64,000 bases of DNA, from the NCBI GenBank assembly GCA_902611405.1, contig CACLZL010000005.1, positions 7,360-71,359 on the forward strand, given 5' to 3'. Below the pieces are notes generated by a model. It saw only the letters and a list, made by a program, of their open reading frames with translations, did no database searches and was not told the DNA's origin. This document shows, in pieces, positions 1 through 13,029 of the stretch. Position numbers and translations under genes: made by a program. The DNA comes from an uncultured Pelagibacteraceae bacterium. GTDB taxonomy: Bacteria; Pseudomonadota; Alphaproteobacteria; Pelagibacterales; Pelagibacteraceae. The first letter of the stretch is position 1; each line of letters begins with the position of its first letter.

Positions 1-858
1 CCAATGCCACAAACAAGAGAACATATTCTTTTAGGAAGACAAGTTGGTATTCCTGCAATTGTTGTTTACTTAAATAAAGTAGATCAAGTTGACGATAAAG
101 AAATGATAGAGCTTGTTGAAGAAGAAATTAGAGAACTATTAACATCATACAAATACCCAGGTGACAAAACACCAATCGTTAAGGGTTCGGCTTTAGCAGC
201 AGTAGAAGGAAGAGACGATGAAATTGGAAAAAATTCAATTTTAGAATTAATGAAAGCTGTTGACGAACATATTCCACAACCCGCTAGAGAAGTTGATAAA
301 CCATTCTTGATGCCCATTGAAGACGTTTTTTCAATCTCAGGAAGAGGAACAGTTGCAACTGGTAGAGTTGAGTCTGGTGTAATTAAGACTGGAGAAGAAG
401 TTGAGATTGTAGGAATTAAAGAAACCAAAAAATCAGTTTGTACCGGAGTAGAAATGTTTAGAAAACTTTTAGATTCAGGTGAAGCTGGAGATAACGTTGG
501 AATTTTATTGAGAGGTATTGAGAGAACTGATATCGAAAGAGGTCAAGTTCTTTGCAAACCTGGTTCAATTACTCCACATACTAAATTTGAAGCTCAAGCA
601 TATGTGCTTAAAAAAGACGAGGGTGGACGACACACTCCTTTCTTTACTAAATACAGACCTCAGTTTTATTTTCGAACAACAGATGTTACAGGTGAGGTAG
701 AGTTACCAGCTGGTACAGAAATGGTTATGCCAGGTGATGACGCTAAATTTACTGTTAAACTAATTACACCAATAGCTATGGCTGAAAAATTAAATTTTGC
801 TATTAGAGAAGGTGGAAGAACTGTTGGTGCAGGAGTAGTAACAAAAATTATAGAGTAA
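1..858 (+). CDS. tuf: Elongation factor Tu (5'-partial)
   Basis: [33 protein letters not shown] motifs; frame open to window edge. Confidence 0.99.
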   Translation, partial: PMPQTREHILLGRQVGIPAIVVYLNKVDQVDDKEMIELVEEEIRELLTSYKYPGDKTPIVKGSALAAVEGRDDEIGKNSILELMKAVDEHIPQPAREVDKPFLMPIEDVFSISGRGTVATGRVESGVIKTGEEVEIVGIKETKKSVCTGVEMFRKLLDSGEAGDNVGILLRGIERTDIERGQVLCKPGSITPHTKFEAQAYVLKKDEGGRHTPFFTKYRPQFYFRTTDVTGEVELPAGTEMVMPGDDAKFTVKLITPIAMAEKLNFAIREGGRTVGAGVVTKIIE

Positions 859-868
859 CTCTATAAAT

Positions 869-944
869 AGGAGTGTAGCTCAATTGGTAGAGCGCCGGTC
901 TCCAAAACCGGAGGCTGAGGGTTCGAGTCCCTCCGCTCCTGCCA
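869..944 (+). tRNA. tRNA-Trp (anticodon CCA)
   Basis: Acceptor AGGAGTG/CGCTCCT, anticodon arm CCGGT-CTCCAAA-ACCGG, GGTTCGAGTCC T-arm, encoded CCA; tuf-trnW-secE context. Confidence 0.98.
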
Positions 945-961
945 ATTTGAGCTAATGAAAT

Positions 962-1153
962 ATGAAAAACCCGATTAAATTTATACAGGAAGTTAAACAA
1001 GAGGCTTTTAAAGTTACTTGGCCAACTTGGAAAGAAACTTTGCAAGGTGCTTTAATGGTATTTGCAATGGCAGTTGTTATGTCTTTATTTTTCCTTCTTT
1101 TAGATCAGATTTTGAAATTTTTCTTAGAACTTTTACTTAAAGTGAGCATTTAA
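962..1153 (+). CDS. secE: Preprotein translocase SecE
   Basis: EV..E..KVTWP motif plus one TM helix; upstream of nusG. Confidence 0.96.
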   Translation: MKNPIKFIQEVKQEAFKVTWPTWKETLQGALMVFAMAVVMSLFFLLLDQILKFFLELLLKVSI

Positions 1154-1683
1154 TGAAAAATTGGTACATAGTTCAGTCTCATTCTAGTTTTGAAAATAAA
1201 GTTGCAACCTTAATTAAGGAAGAAGCAGATAAAGCTAAAATTGCAGATAAATTTGAAGAAATTATTGTACCAACACATGATGTAACAGAGGTTAAAAGAG
1301 GAAAAAGAATTCAAAGAAAAAAAAAATACTTTCCTGGGTATGTATTAATAAAAAGTGAAATGGATAACAATATTTATCACATGATTAAAAATATAAAGAG
1401 AGTTAGTGGATTCTTGGGAACAAAAGGTATTCCTGTTCCAGTTTCAGATAAAGAGGTAGAGAAGATTTTAGGCCAGATTAAAGATGGTGTTGCTCAGCCA
1501 AAATCCGGCGTAGATTACAGTGTAGGTGAAAAAGTTCAGGTTGTTGATGGTCCTTTTGCATCATTTACTGGAATGATTGAAGAAATTGATGAAGAAAAAG
1601 CTAGACTTAAGGTGTCAGTTTCTATATTTGGTCGTCCTACACCAGTAGATTTAGAATATAATCAGGTTGAGAAGGTAAGTTAA
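1153..1683 (+). CDS. nusG: Transcription factor NusG
   Basis: WYIVQ, FPGYVL, KOW (DGPF), SIFGRPTPV. Confidence 0.98.
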   Translation: MKNWYIVQSHSSFENKVATLIKEEADKAKIADKFEEIIVPTHDVTEVKRGKRIQRKKKYFPGYVLIKSEMDNNIYHMIKNIKRVSGFLGTKGIPVPVSDKEVEKILGQIKDGVAQPKSGVDYSVGEKVQVVDGPFASFTGMIEEIDEEKARLKVSVSIFGRPTPVDLEYNQVEKVS

Positions 1684-2108
1684 TGGCAAAAGAAATAAGT
1701 GGATTTATAAAATTACAAATTAAAGGCGGGCAAGCAAATCCAGCTCCCCCAGTTGGACCTGCATTAGGACAGCGTGGTGTAAATATTATGGAATTTTGTA
1801 AAGCTTTTAATGATAAAACTAAATCAATGGCAGGCAAACCTGTGCCAGTAGAAATCACGGTATATAAAGACAAAAAATTTGATTTTAAGATTAAATCACC
1901 ACCAGCTTCATTTTATATTAAAGAAGCAGTAAAACTTAAAGGTGGTTCAAAAGAACCTGGAAGAAATATTGTTGCTTCAATTTCTAAAAAACAATTAGAG
2001 AGTATAGCAAAAGAAAAAATGAATGATCTAAATGCACATGATATTGAAGAGGCTATTAAAATTATTGCTGGATCAGCTAGATCTATGGGTATTGAGGTAA
2101 AAGAATAA
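1683..2108 (+). CDS. rplK: 50S ribosomal protein L11
   Basis: [22 protein letters not shown]. Confidence 0.99.
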   Translation: MAKEISGFIKLQIKGGQANPAPPVGPALGQRGVNIMEFCKAFNDKTKSMAGKPVPVEITVYKDKKFDFKIKSPPASFYIKEAVKLKGGSKEPGRNIVASISKKQLESIAKEKMNDLNAHDIEEAIKIIAGSARSMGIEVKE

Positions 2109-2797
2109 TGGCATCTAAAAGATATAAAAAATTACCTGAAAAAACTAAAGACTTGAGTGCGGAGTCTATAGAAAAGTTATTACCAGAACTAAAGAAAAAC
2201 TGTACAACTAAATTTGACGAGTCTTTAGATTTAAGTTTTCAAATAAACAATAAACAAAAGAAAAGTGAAGTTAATATAAGAACGGTTGTTAATTTACCTG
2301 GGGGAACAGGTAAGAAAGTTAAAGTTGCTGTAGTTTGTGAGGATAATAAAGCACAAGATGCAAAAGATGCAGGAGCAGACGTTGTGGGTGGTGATGAATT
2401 TATTGAGAGAATTAAAGGTGGAGAGTTAAATTTTGAAAAATTAATTTGTACACCAGGAATGATGATTAAACTTTCTAAATTAGGAAAAGTTTTAGGACCA
2501 AAAGGCTTAATGCCTAATCCTAAACTTGGTTCAGTTTCTGAAAATATTAAAGAAGCAGTAACTAATGCTAAATCTGGTCAAGTAGAAATAAGAAATGATA
2601 AAGATGGAAATATTGGAGTTAGTATTGGTAAAAAATCTTTTAGTGATGATCAATTAATTAAAAACTACAATGCAATTTTAGATGCTTTAGAAAAAGAAAA
2701 ATCAAACAATACTTTAAAAGGAGACCTAATTAAAAGTGTATTTACTACATCAACAATGGGTGTTTCATATAAAGTTAAATTAGGGAAATCGATATAG
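2108..2797 (+). CDS. rplA: 50S ribosomal protein L1
   Basis: KFDES, LGPKGLMPNPKLG, STMG. Confidence 0.98.
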   Translation: MASKRYKKLPEKTKDLSAESIEKLLPELKKNCTTKFDESLDLSFQINNKQKKSEVNIRTVVNLPGGTGKKVKVAVVCEDNKAQDAKDAGADVVGGDEFIERIKGGELNFEKLICTPGMMIKLSKLGKVLGPKGLMPNPKLGSVSENIKEAVTNAKSGQVEIRNDKDGNIGVSIGKKSFSDDQLIKNYNAILDALEKEKSNNTLKGDLIKSVFTTSTMGVSYKVKLGKSI

Positions 2798-2799
2798 TT

Positions 2800-3321
2800 A
2801 TGATGAACAAAGAACAAAAGAAAAATTATATTGAAGAAATGACTAGTAAGTTTGAGAATAGCAAAGCTATTATGGTTACTCATTACCAAGGCTTAACCAT
2901 GACTCAATTGGATGAATTGAGGGCAAAAATGAGAGAACATGGTATTATTTTTAAAATCACAAAAAACAGAATTACAAAATTGGCTTTAGAAAAAACAAAA
3001 TGTAAAGATTTATCAAATTTATTTATTGGTCCTACAGCAGTTGCGTTTGGAGAGGATGCTATAATGTCTGCAAGGATTCTTTCAAAATTTGCAAAAGATA
3101 ACGAGAACTTAAAATTAATTGGTGGAATTATGGATAATGAGGTCTTAGATGAGGCTGGTGTCCAAAATGTAGCTAGTTTACCAACATTAGATGAAGCAAG
3201 AGCCAATATTGTGGGTATTTTGAACGCTTCTGCATCTAAATTAATCAGTATTTTGCTTGCACATTCAGAAAAAATGAGTAGTTTGTCCGCAGAAAATTCT
3301 GAAACACAACCCAAAGAGTAA
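2800..3321 (+). CDS. rplJ: 50S ribosomal protein L10
   Basis: Y.GLT..QL.ELR, KN...KLAL, GPTA, LP(T)LDE; synteny. Confidence 0.97.
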   Translation: MMNKEQKKNYIEEMTSKFENSKAIMVTHYQGLTMTQLDELRAKMREHGIIFKITKNRITKLALEKTKCKDLSNLFIGPTAVAFGEDAIMSARILSKFAKDNENLKLIGGIMDNEVLDEAGVQNVASLPTLDEARANIVGILNASASKLISILLAHSEKMSSLSAENSETQPKE

Positions 3322-3326
3322 TACAT

Positions 3327-3692
3327 ATGCCTGACCTAAACAAAATTATAGAAGATTTATCAAGTTTGACTGTTGCAGAAGCAGCTGAACTATCAAAACA
3401 ATTAGAAGAAAAATGGGGTGTAACTCCAATGGCAGCAGCAGCTCCAGCAGCAGCAGGTGGCGCAGCTCCAGCAGAAGATAAAGATGATTTTACAATCATG
3501 TTAGTTTCTGCAGGCGATAAAAAAATTAATGTTATTAAAGAAGTAAGAGCAGCTACTTCATTAGGTTTAAAAGAAGCTAAAGATCTTGTAGAGGGAGCAC
3601 CAAAAGAAGTTAAATCTGGTGTAAACAAAAAAGACGCAGAAGAGATCAAAGCTAAGTTAGAAGCAGCTGGCGCTAAAGTAGAACTTAAATAA
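3327..3692 (+). CDS. rplL: 50S ribosomal protein L7/L12
   Basis: Ala-rich hinge, [20 protein letters not shown]. Confidence 0.99.
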   Translation: MPDLNKIIEDLSSLTVAEAAELSKQLEEKWGVTPMAAAAPAAAGGAAPAEDKDDFTIMLVSAGDKKINVIKEVRAATSLGLKEAKDLVEGAPKEVKSGVNKKDAEEIKAKLEAAGAKVELK

Positions 3693-3710
3693 ATTAAATA
3701 GAAAGAATTC

Positions 3711-3738
3711 AAATACTGGTTATTTTTAATCAGTATTT
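3711..3738 (+). terminator. Hairpin between rplL and rpoB (attenuator/terminator or processing site)
   Basis: AAATACTGGTTA-tttt-TAATCAGTATTT, 12 bp with one G-U; weak U-tail. Confidence 0.55.
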
Positions 3739-3747
3739 AAAACATAG

Positions 3748-6700
3748 ATGCAATTATCTTTTACTGAAAAGAAAAATATAAGAAAAAGTTTTGGTAAACT
3801 CAAAGAAAGTTTATCAATCCCTAACTTAATCGAGGTACAAAAAAATTCTTACAAAGAATTAACAGAATTTAATGCGCAGGCAGCTGAACTAACAAAAGGT
3901 TTTGACAGGGTATTTAAAAGTATTTTCCCAATAGAAGATTTAAATGATAAAGCAACATTAGAGTATGTTTCGTACAGATTAGAGAAACCAAAATTTGATG
4001 TTGAAGAGTGTATAGCGAGAGGGCTTACATATTCATCAGCACTTAAATGTACACTAAGGCTAGTGGTTTATGAAATAGATCAAGAAAATAATACTAAAGA
4101 TATTTTATCTGCAAAAGAACAAGAAGTATATATGGGTGAAGTGCCCATGATGACTAACAGCGGAACTTTCATTACTAATGGTGTTCAAAGAGTTGTTGTA
4201 AATCAAATGCACAGAAGTCCTGGTGTATTTTTTGATCATGATAAAGGAAAAACTCACGCAAGTGGTAAACTCTTATTTAATTGCAGGGTAATACCGAATA
4301 GAGGTTCTTGGTTAGATTTTGAATATGATGTCAAAGATTTTTTATATTTTAAGATAGACAGAAAAAAGAAAATTTTTTCATCTACTTTATTATTAGCTTT
4401 GGGTTATACAAAATCAGAAATAGTAGATGAGTTTTATGATAGTGAGCAGTATACTTTAGATTCAAAAACACAAAAGTGGAAAACTAAATTCAATCCAGAA
4501 AACTATAAAGCTAAAAATTTCTCAGAAGAAGTAATTGATGCTAAAACAGGTGAAGTAGTAATTAAATTGGGTGACAAAATTAATTTTTTAAATGCAAAGA
4601 AATTAGCTAATGATGGTCTCAAAGATATATTGGTTTCACGAGAGTCATTGTTTGGAAAATTTTTACATAGAGATGTCAAAGTTAATGAAGAAGAAGATGG
4701 TATATTAAAAATAGGTACTGAATTAAATGATACAATTATTCAACAAATTTTAGATGCAAATATACATACACTTCAAATATCTGTTACAAACTCTATAAAT
4801 AAAGGGCCTTATCTGCTTACTACTATATTAGCTGATAAAAACACCACTAAAGAAGAAGCTATCACGGAAATTTATAAAATGTTAAGACCTGGTGAACCGC
4901 CAACCATAGAGATAGCAACTCAAATATTTAATAATCTTTTCTTTAGCTCAGACAGATATGATTTATCTGATGTTGGAAGAGTTAAAATGAACTCAAGATT
5001 AAACCAAGAGTGTTCCGACAAAATTACTATATTGAGAAATGACGATATCATTGCAATTATTCATAAAATGTTGGATTTACGTGATGGTAAAGATGATGTT
5101 GATGACATAGATCACCTTGGAAATAGAAGAGTTCGTTCTGTTGGAGAGTTAGTTGAGAACCAAGCTAGAATTGGTGTTTACAGAATGGAAAGAGCGATTA
5201 AAGAAAAAATGACAACTCTAGATGTTGAATCAGCAATGCCACAAGATCTAATTAATGCAAAACCATTAACAGTTTCATTGAAAGATTTTTTTGCAAGCTC
5301 ACAACTATCTCAGTTTATGGACCAAACAAATCCATTATCTGAAATTACTCACAAAAGAAGAGTTTCAGCATTAGGTCCAGGTGGTTTAACAAGAGAAAGA
5401 GCAGGTTTTGAAGTTAGAGACGTGCATCCAACTCACTATGGAAGGATTTGTCCAATTGAGACACCAGAGGGTCCAAATATTGGTTTGATTAATAGTTTAT
5501 CTACATATGCAAAAATTAATAAGTATGGCTTTATTGAAAGCCCATACAAAAAAGTAAAAGACGGTGTTGTTCAAGATAAAGTCGAATATTTATCAGCAAT
5601 GGAAGAAACAAAGTTTACTATTGCTCAAGCAAATACAAAACTTGATAAAAATGGAAAAATAATCGAAGATTTAGTTTCGTGCAGACAAAATCTAAACTTT
5701 CTTTTAGCTAAACCTGACTCCATAGATTATATAGATGTATCACCAAAACAATTAGTTTCAGTTGCAGCTTCATTAATTCCATTTTTAGAAAATGATGATG
5801 CAAACAGAGCTTTAATGGGATCAAACATGATGAGACAAGCGGTTCCATTATTAAAACCTGAGTCGCCACTTGTTGGTACAGGAATTGAAAGTGATGTTGC
5901 TTTAGACTCAGGGGTAACTATTGTTGCTAAGCGTGATGGAATTGTTGATAAAATAGATGGTAAAAGAATTGTTATAAAAGTAACTGAGGAAACAGACTTT
6001 AGTAAGTCTGGTGTAGATATTTATAACCTTCAAAAATTTAAAAGATCAAACCAAAATACTTGTATAAATCAAAGACCATTAGTTAGAGTTGGTGATAAAG
6101 TTAAATCCGGAGATATTATTGCAGATGGTCCCTCAACAAAATTAGGTGAACTTGCTTTAGGTAAGAATGTTACTGTAGCATTCATGCCGTGGCAAGGTTA
6201 CAATTTTGAAGACTCAATCCTAATTTCAGAAAGGTGTGTTACAGATGATGTTTTTACATCTGTTCATATTGTTGAATATGAAATAATGGCGAGAGATACA
6301 AAGCTTGGAGAAGAAGAAATAACAAGAGATATACCAAATGTAAATGAAGAAGCTTTAAAAAACCTTGATGAGTCTGGAATAGTTTACATTGGTGCCGAAG
6401 TAAATGCTGGAGATATTTTGGTTGGTAAAGTTACACCAAAAGGCGACTCAGCATCAGGACCTGAAGAAAAATTATTAAGATCAATTTTTGGGGAAAAAGC
6501 TATCGATGTAACAGATACATCGTTGAGAATGTCTAGAGGGTCAAGTGGTACTGTTGTTGATGTAAGAGTATTCAATAGACATGGAATTGAGAAAGACGAA
6601 AGATCAATAACTATTGAAAGAGCAGAAATTGATCAAGTTCAACAAGATAAAATTGTTGAGGAAGAAATATTAGAGAGAAGTATTAAACAAAGAGCTTCAC

Positions 6701-7836
6701 AATTCCTATCAGGATCATCTTTAACTAAAAAAGTAAAAGATTTATCAGAAGGAACCAAGCTAGATTTTGATAAAATTAATAAATTATCAATTAACGATGT
6801 ATTTAAAATTACATCAGGAAATGTAAATGATGAAGCAACACTAGCTAAGTTAAAAGATCAATATAACAAAGCAAAACAAGACATAACAGAGAGATTTGAA
6901 GATAAAGTTTTAAAAATTAGAAGTGGCGACGATTTATTACCAAGCGTTATGAAAATGGTAAAAGTATTTGTTGCTATTAAAAGAAGATTAAGACCAGGAG
7001 ACAAAATGTCTGGAAGACATGGAAACAAAGGAGTTGTCAGTAAAATTGTACCTGTTGAAGATATGCCATACAGAGAAGATGGTAGACCTGTTGATATTGT
7101 ATTAAATCCCCTTGGAGTGCCAAGTAGGATGAACGTTGGACAAATTCTAGAAACACATTTGGGTTGGGCATGTAAAGAATTTGGTGAACAAGTTAAAAAT
7201 TTAGTAAATGAAAATAACAAAAAAATTGAAAGAACAGAAAAAATCGAAAAATTCTTGAAGTCTGTTTACGGAGAAGAAATTTTCAATGAAAAAGTAGATA
7301 AATTAAGTAAGAGTGAATTTAAAGATCTTTGCGAAAATTTACAAAATGGTATCGCAATCTCAACACCTGTTTTTGACGGTGCTAAAGAAAAAAATGTTAC
7401 TGAGATGCTTGAACTAGCAAATTTACCAGGATCTGGACAAACTTATTTATGGGATGGAAGAACTGGAGAGAAATTTGATAGACCGGTTACTGTTGGAATA
7501 ATCTACATGTTGAAACTTCATCATTTAGTAGAGGATAAAATTCATGCAAGATCTACAGGACCTTATAGTTTGGTAACACAACAACCACTTGGCGGTAAGG
7601 CGCAATTAGGTGGTCAAAGATTTGGCGAAATGGAAGTGTGGGCACTTGAAGCGTATGGTGCATCATATACATTACAAGAAATTTTAACTGTTAAATCTGA
7701 TGACGTTGCAGGAAGAGTTAAAGTTTACGAGACTATAGTTAAAGGTGAAGAAAACTTTGAGTCAGGAATACCAGAGTCATTCAACGTTTTAGTTAAAGAG
7801 ATTAAATCATTAGCATTAAATGTGGAGCTTAATTAA
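3748..7836 (+). CDS. rpoB: RNA polymerase beta subunit
   Basis: [39 protein letters not shown]. Confidence 0.99.
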   Translation: MQLSFTEKKNIRKSFGKLKESLSIPNLIEVQKNSYKELTEFNAQAAELTKGFDRVFKSIFPIEDLNDKATLEYVSYRLEKPKFDVEECIARGLTYSSALKCTLRLVVYEIDQENNTKDILSAKEQEVYMGEVPMMTNSGTFITNGVQRVVVNQMHRSPGVFFDHDKGKTHASGKLLFNCRVIPNRGSWLDFEYDVKDFLYFKIDRKKKIFSSTLLLALGYTKSEIVDEFYDSEQYTLDSKTQKWKTKFNPENYKAKNFSEEVIDAKTGEVVIKLGDKINFLNAKKLANDGLKDILVSRESLFGKFLHRDVKVNEEEDGILKIGTELNDTIIQQILDANIHTLQISVTNSINKGPYLLTTILADKNTTKEEAITEIYKMLRPGEPPTIEIATQIFNNLFFSSDRYDLSDVGRVKMNSRLNQECSDKITILRNDDIIAIIHKMLDLRDGKDDVDDIDHLGNRRVRSVGELVENQARIGVYRMERAIKEKMTTLDVESAMPQDLINAKPLTVSLKDFFASSQLSQFMDQTNPLSEITHKRRVSALGPGGLTRERAGFEVRDVHPTHYGRICPIETPEGPNIGLINSLSTYAKINKYGFIESPYKKVKDGVVQDKVEYLSAMEETKFTIAQANTKLDKNGKIIEDLVSCRQNLNFLLAKPDSIDYIDVSPKQLVSVAASLIPFLENDDANRALMGSNMMRQAVPLLKPESPLVGTGIESDVALDSGVTIVAKRDGIVDKIDGKRIVIKVTEETDFSKSGVDIYNLQKFKRSNQNTCINQRPLVRVGDKVKSGDIIADGPSTKLGELALGKNVTVAFMPWQGYNFEDSILISERCVTDDVFTSVHIVEYEIMARDTKLGEEEITRDIPNVNEEALKNLDESGIVYIGAEVNAGDILVGKVTPKGDSASGPEEKLLRSIFGEKAIDVTDTSLRMSRGSSGTVVDVRVFNRHGIEKDERSITIERAEIDQVQQDKIVEEEILERSIKQRASQFLSGSSLTKKVKDLSEGTKLDFDKINKLSINDVFKITSGNVNDEATLAKLKDQYNKAKQDITERFEDKVLKIRSGDDLLPSVMKMVKVFVAIKRRLRPGDKMSGRHGNKGVVSKIVPVEDMPYREDGRPVDIVLNPLGVPSRMNVGQILETHLGWACKEFGEQVKNLVNENNKKIERTEKIEKFLKSVYGEEIFNEKVDKLSKSEFKDLCENLQNGIAISTPVFDGAKEKNVTEMLELANLPGSGQTYLWDGRTGEKFDRPVTVGIIYMLKLHHLVEDKIHARSTGPYSLVTQQPLGGKAQLGGQRFGEMEVWALEAYGASYTLQEILTVKSDDVAGRVKVYETIVKGEENFESGIPESFNVLVKEIKSLALNVELN

Positions 7837-10800
7837 TGAAAAAAGAATTAACAGATCTATTTAAGGGCAGCGAAATTTCAGAAGCTCAAAATTTTAATAG
7901 CATTAAAATTTCACTTGCTAGTCCAGAGAAAATTAAATCTTGGACATTTGGTGAAATTAAAAAGCCTGAAACAATTAATTATAGAACTTTTAGACCTGAA
8001 AAAGATGGTTTGTTCTGTGCAAGGATTTTTGGACCAATAAAAGATTATGAGTGTTTATGTGGTAAATATAAACGAATGAAATTTAGAGGAATTATATGTG
8101 AGAAATGTGGTGTTGAGGTTACAAAATCAAATGTAAGAAGGGAAAGAATGGGCCACATTAATCTTGCTACACCAGTGGCACATATTTGGTTTTTAAAGTC
8201 TCTACCAAGCAGAATTGCTTTAGCAGTAGACATGAAATTGAAGGAAATAGAGAGAGTTCTGTATTTTGAAAACTTCATAGTAATAGAACCTGGTTTAACT
8301 GGTTTACAAAAAAATCAACTTTTAAATGAGGAAGAATTAGCAAAATACCAGGATGAGTTTGGTGAAGAAAGTTTTACTGCGGGAATAGGAGCAGAAGCTG
8401 TTCTTGAGATGCTGAAAAATTTAGATTTAGAACTAGAAAGAAAAAATCTTGTTAGCTTTATTAAAGAAACCAAATCAAAAGTTAATGAAGAAAGAGCAAT
8501 TAAAAGATTAAAATTAATTGAGTCATTTATTGAAACTGGTCAAAAACCTGAGTGGATGATTATGACTGTTGTACCAGTTATACCACCAGAATTAAGACCA
8601 TTAGTTCCTCTAGACGGTGGAAGATTTGCCACTTCAGATCTTAACGATTTATACAGAAGAGTAATCAATAGAAATAACAGATTAAAAAGATTAATGGATC
8701 TTAAAGCACCTGATATCATTGTAAGAAACGAAAAAAGAATGCTTCAAGAATCTGTTGATGCTCTTTTCGATAATGGAAGAAGAGGTAGAGTAATTACAGG
8801 CACAGGTAAAAGACCACTTAAATCTCTTGCTGAAATGTTAAAAGGTAAGCAAGGAAGATTTAGACAAAATTTATTGGGTAAAAGAGTTGATTATTCAGGA
8901 AGATCGGTAATTGTTGTTGGTCCAGATTTAAAATTACATGAGTGTGGTTTACCTAAAAAAATGGCTTTAGAATTATTTAAACCGTTTTTATATGCAAGAT
9001 TAAATAAATTAGGATTAGCATCAACAATCAAACAAGCTAAAAAATTAGTTGAAAAAGAAACGAATGCAGTTTGGGACGCTTTAGAATTAATAGTTAGAGA
9101 GCACCCTGTTTTATTAAATAGAGCTCCAACACTTCATAGACTTGGAGTTCAAGCATTTGAGCCAAAATTAATTGAAGGAGATGCAATTGAATTACACCCT
9201 TTAACTTGTGCAGCATTTAACGCTGACTTCGATGGTGACCAAATGGCAGTGCACGTGCCGTTAAGTTTAGAAGCACAATTAGAGGCAAGAATTTTAATGT
9301 TATCTACAAATAATATTCTTTCTCCATCAAATGGTAAACCAATTATTGTTCCGAGTCAGGATATGATTTTAGGAATCTACTATCTCTCACAAGAACCTAT
9401 ATCTGATAAACCAGCTGGATACTTTACAAACTCAGATCAAATTGAATTTGCATTATCATCTGGTCAAATAAATGTACATAGCACTATCATTTCTAGATAC
9501 GAAACTGTAGATGAGCAAGGGAATAAGAAAATAGAAAAATATACTTCTACAGCTGGAAGATTTTTATTAGCAAATTTATTACCTAAAAATAGTAACATTA
9601 AGTTCTCTTTAGTAGATAGATTATTACCTAAAAAAGTAGTTTCAGAAATAATTGATGTTGTATTTAGATTTTGTGGTCAAAAAACAACTGTAATTTTCTG
9701 TGACAAGCTGAAAGATTTAGGATTTAAACATGCGTTTAAAGCAGGAATTTCATTTGGAAAAGATGATCTTGTAATCCCTTCAAATAAAACTCAATTAATT
9801 GATGATACTAAGAAATTAATTGCAGATTATGAAACACAATATGCTGAAGGTTTAATCACAAGAGGTGAAAAGTACAACAAAGTTGTTGATGCTTGGTCTA
9901 AGTGTACAGATAAAGTTGCCGGAGAAATGATGAAAGGAATTTCAGCTACAGAAAAAACTGATGAAGGATTGAAAATAAATTCTGTATTTATGATGGCTGA
10001 CAGTGGAGCTAGAGGATCTGCAGCTCAAATGAAACAATTAGCTGGTATGAGGGGTTTGATTGCTAAACCATCAGGGGAAATTATCGAAAGTCCAATTATT
10101 TCAAACTTTAAAGAGGGATTAACTGCTTTAGAGTATTTTAATTCAACTCACGGAGCTAGAAAAGGATTAGCAGATACAGCACTTAAAACAGCTAGTTCTG
10201 GATATTTAACAAGAAGACTATGTGATGTAGCTCAAGATTTAACTGTCACCAAAAAAGCTTGTGACTGTAAAAATCCAGGATTTATTGAACTTTCTGAAAT
10301 TTTAGAAGGTGGTAATGTAGTAGTTAGCCTTTCAGAAAGAGCGCTAGGCAGGGTTACATTTGATGAGGTTAAACATCCTTTAACTGGTGAAGTAATAATC
10401 AAAAAACAAACCATGATCGATGAGGCTGGATGTGATAAAATTGATGCTGCAGGGGTAAAATCAATAAAAGTTTACTCAGTAATGACTTGTGGTTCAAAAG
10501 AAGGTGTTTGTGCTACTTCTTATGGAAGAGATTTATCTAGAGGTAAAATGGTTCACGTCGGTGAAGCTATTGGAATGATTTCTGCACAGTCAATCGGGGA
10601 ACCAGGAACACAGTTAACAATGAGAACTTTCCACGTAGGTGGAACTGCTTCTGTTAAACAGGACTCACAAATTGTAACTAAAAATGAAGGAACATTAAAA
10701 ATTATAAACTCAAATATATTAGAGGATTCTAAAAAGAATTTAATTGTAATGGGTAGAAATACTCAGCTTTCAATTGAGGATGATAATGGAGTTCAAATTG

Positions 10801-12014
10801 CAGTTTATAAAGTTGCATATGGATCAAGATTATTTTTTAATAACGGTGATAAAGTAAAAGCGAATACTAAAATATGTGAATGGGATCCTTACACAACACC
10901 AGTTATAGCAGAGAAAAGTGGTACAGCTAGTTATGTAGATCTAATTGACGGTGTTTCAATTCAAGAAACTACTGATGATGCAACAGGTATTTCTTCTAAA
11001 TCAGTAATTGATTGGAGAGGTCAATCAAAAAGCACTGATTTAAAACCTAGAATTACTCTTAGAGATGAAAAAGGAAATGTGATTAAAAAAGCTGATGATA
11101 ATGAAGCTAGATACTATTTAGTACCAGATTCAATTTTATCAATTAAAGATGGTCAAAAAGTTTATGCCGGTGACGTAATTGCAAGACTACCTAAGGAAAC
11201 TACAAAAACAAAAGATATTACTGGAGGTCTTCCAAGAGTTGCTGAGTTATTTGAAGCTAGAAAAGCTAAGGATAGTGCAATCATTGCAGAAAATGATGGT
11301 AGTGTTATTTTTGGTAAAGAAGTAAGAGGTAAACAAAGAGTATCTATTGTTCCTGAAGATGGATCAGAACCTTCAAATTATCTAATTCCAAAAGGTAAAC
11401 ATATTAATTTCAACCCTGGTGAAAAAATCCAAAAAGGTGAATATCTTTTAGATGGTCAACCATTGCCGCATGATATTTTAAGAATTTTAGGTATCAAAGA
11501 ATTAACAGAATACTTTGTTAACCAAGTTCAAGAAGTCTATAGATTACAAGGTGTAATCATAAATGATAAGCATATTGAAACTATTTTAAGACAAATGCTT
11601 AAAAAAGTTGAAGTTAAAGTATCGGGAGATTCAAGTTATTTACCTGGTGAAGTAGTTGATAGAATTAAGTTTGATAATATTAATGAAAAATTAGTTGCAG
11701 AAGGAAAAACACCTGCTGTTGGTGAAAGAGTTTTAATGGGTATCACTAAAGCTTCACTTCAAACTGAATCGTTTATATCAGCGGCTTCGTTCCAGGAAAC
11801 AACAAGAGTATTAACTGATGCTGCAATTAAAGGAAAAGTTGATCCATTAAATGGCCTAAAAGAGAACGTAATTGTTGGAAGATTAGTTCCTGCAGGTACT
11901 GGTAATATTAAAAATAGATGGAACAATAAAGCTCTAGAGGATGATAATAATTTCTTAGCAGAGCAGGATAAAATAGAAGCTTCAGAACCTGAAGAAACTC
12001 AAGCAAATCAATAA
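7836..12014 (+). CDS. rpoC: RNA polymerase beta' subunit
   Basis: NADFDGD catalytic motif, N-terminal Zn finger, [11 protein letters not shown]. Confidence 0.99.
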   Translation: MKKELTDLFKGSEISEAQNFNSIKISLASPEKIKSWTFGEIKKPETINYRTFRPEKDGLFCARIFGPIKDYECLCGKYKRMKFRGIICEKCGVEVTKSNVRRERMGHINLATPVAHIWFLKSLPSRIALAVDMKLKEIERVLYFENFIVIEPGLTGLQKNQLLNEEELAKYQDEFGEESFTAGIGAEAVLEMLKNLDLELERKNLVSFIKETKSKVNEERAIKRLKLIESFIETGQKPEWMIMTVVPVIPPELRPLVPLDGGRFATSDLNDLYRRVINRNNRLKRLMDLKAPDIIVRNEKRMLQESVDALFDNGRRGRVITGTGKRPLKSLAEMLKGKQGRFRQNLLGKRVDYSGRSVIVVGPDLKLHECGLPKKMALELFKPFLYARLNKLGLASTIKQAKKLVEKETNAVWDALELIVREHPVLLNRAPTLHRLGVQAFEPKLIEGDAIELHPLTCAAFNADFDGDQMAVHVPLSLEAQLEARILMLSTNNILSPSNGKPIIVPSQDMILGIYYLSQEPISDKPAGYFTNSDQIEFALSSGQINVHSTIISRYETVDEQGNKKIEKYTSTAGRFLLANLLPKNSNIKFSLVDRLLPKKVVSEIIDVVFRFCGQKTTVIFCDKLKDLGFKHAFKAGISFGKDDLVIPSNKTQLIDDTKKLIADYETQYAEGLITRGEKYNKVVDAWSKCTDKVAGEMMKGISATEKTDEGLKINSVFMMADSGARGSAAQMKQLAGMRGLIAKPSGEIIESPIISNFKEGLTALEYFNSTHGARKGLADTALKTASSGYLTRRLCDVAQDLTVTKKACDCKNPGFIELSEILEGGNVVVSLSERALGRVTFDEVKHPLTGEVIIKKQTMIDEAGCDKIDAAGVKSIKVYSVMTCGSKEGVCATSYGRDLSRGKMVHVGEAIGMISAQSIGEPGTQLTMRTFHVGGTASVKQDSQIVTKNEGTLKIINSNILEDSKKNLIVMGRNTQLSIEDDNGVQIAVYKVAYGSRLFFNNGDKVKANTKICEWDPYTTPVIAEKSGTASYVDLIDGVSIQETTDDATGISSKSVIDWRGQSKSTDLKPRITLRDEKGNVIKKADDNEARYYLVPDSILSIKDGQKVYAGDVIARLPKETTKTKDITGGLPRVAELFEARKAKDSAIIAENDGSVIFGKEVRGKQRVSIVPEDGSEPSNYLIPKGKHINFNPGEKIQKGEYLLDGQPLPHDILRILGIKELTEYFVNQVQEVYRLQGVIINDKHIETILRQMLKKVEVKVSGDSSYLPGEVVDRIKFDNINEKLVAEGKTPAVGERVLMGITKASLQTESFISAASFQETTRVLTDAAIKGKVDPLNGLKENVIVGRLVPAGTGNIKNRWNNKALEDDNNFLAEQDKIEASEPEETQANQ

Positions 12015-12043
12015 AAAAATCGCCTAAAAATTGCAGTTTTAGT

Positions 12044-12071
12044 TTGACAAAGGGCTATTAATTAGTAATTT
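12044..12071 (+). promoter_or_regulatory. Sigma70-type promoter of the str operon
   Basis: TTGACA (12044-12049), 16 bp, TAATTT (12066-12071). Confidence 0.6.
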
Positions 12072-12181
12072 GGCGATGTTTTTGGTTGGAATGTAGTACT
12101 TCTAACGGTACTAAACGCTGCCACAAAATAACCTGTCAGTTATTTTCATCTAAAAATAAATTAATTAATTTTAAAAAATTT
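12071..12181 (+). ncRNA. Structured rpsL 5' leader (putative cis-regulatory RNA)
   Basis: Stems 12071-81/12113-23, 12094-99/12108-13 and 12125-32/12139-46 in one of the few long spacers; rpsL leader motifs are reported for alphaproteobacteria. Confidence 0.65.
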
Positions 12182-12553
12182 ATGCCAACTATTAATCAGT
12201 TGTTAAGAAAAAAAAGAGTTAAACCAGCTGCAAGGAATAAAGTTCCTGCATTACAAAAACAACCACTAAAGAGGGGTGTTTGTGTAAAAGTTTATACAAC
12301 AACTCCTAAGAAACCAAACTCTGCATTAAGAAAAGTTGCTAGAGTTAGATTGTCAAATGGATTTGAAGTTACAGCTTATATTCCGGGCGAAGGTCACAAC
12401 CTTCAAGAACACTCTGTAGTACTGATTAGAGGTGGAAGGGTAAAAGATTTACCGGGTGTTCGTTATCATATTCTAAGAGGCAATCTAGATACCCAAGGTG
12501 TTGCAAATAGAAAACAAAGAAGATCATTATACGGAACAAAAAAAGGTAAATAA
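12182..12553 (+). CDS. rpsL: 30S ribosomal protein S12 (start corrected to MPTINQL)
   Basis: [19 protein letters not shown]. Confidence 0.99.
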   Translation: MPTINQLLRKKRVKPAARNKVPALQKQPLKRGVCVKVYTTTPKKPNSALRKVARVRLSNGFEVTAYIPGEGHNLQEHSVVLIRGGRVKDLPGVRYHILRGNLDTQGVANRKQRRSLYGTKKGK

Positions 12554-13023
12554 TGTCTAGAAAAAAAACACAGCCAAAAAAAAATGTAGTTCCAGATCCA
12601 AAATTTAATTCAACTATAATTCCAAAATTAATAAACAATATAATGTATGATGGTAAAAGAGGTATCGCTGCTAAAATTGTTTATGAAGCAATTGATAAAA
12701 TAAAAACAAAAACAAAAGACGAACCAATAAATATTTTTAATGAAGCAATTAACAATATCAAACCGACTGTAGAAGTAAGATCTAGAAGAGTTGGTGGTGC
12801 AACTTATCAAGTTCCTGTTGAGGTAAAAAGTAAAAGAGCACAAGCTTTAGCTATCAGATGGTTAGTTGAGTCAGCAAGAAAAAGAAAAGATAAACACATG
12901 GCAGATAAAATTTTTAATGAGCTTTATGATGCTTATGAAAAAAAAGGTGCTGCTGTTAAAAAAAGAGAGGATGTACATAAAATGGCAGAGTCTAATAAGG
13001 CATTTGCTCATTTTAGGTGGTAA
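12553..13023 (+). CDS. rpsG: 30S ribosomal protein S7
   Basis: EVRSRRVGGATYQVP, AFAHFRW. Confidence 0.99.
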   Translation: MSRKKTQPKKNVVPDPKFNSTIIPKLINNIMYDGKRGIAAKIVYEAIDKIKTKTKDEPINIFNEAINNIKPTVEVRSRRVGGATYQVPVEVKSKRAQALAIRWLVESARKRKDKHMADKIFNELYDAYEKKGAAVKKREDVHKMAESNKAFAHFRW

Positions 13024-13029
13024 TAAATT

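Noticed and set aside
848-1045. 65-aa minus-strand ORF
   Set aside because: Antisense to tRNA-Trp and secE
12086-12181. 32-aa N-terminal extension of S12 from a TTG start
   Set aside because: The conserved S12 start MPTINQL is at 12182; the extension is the structured leader
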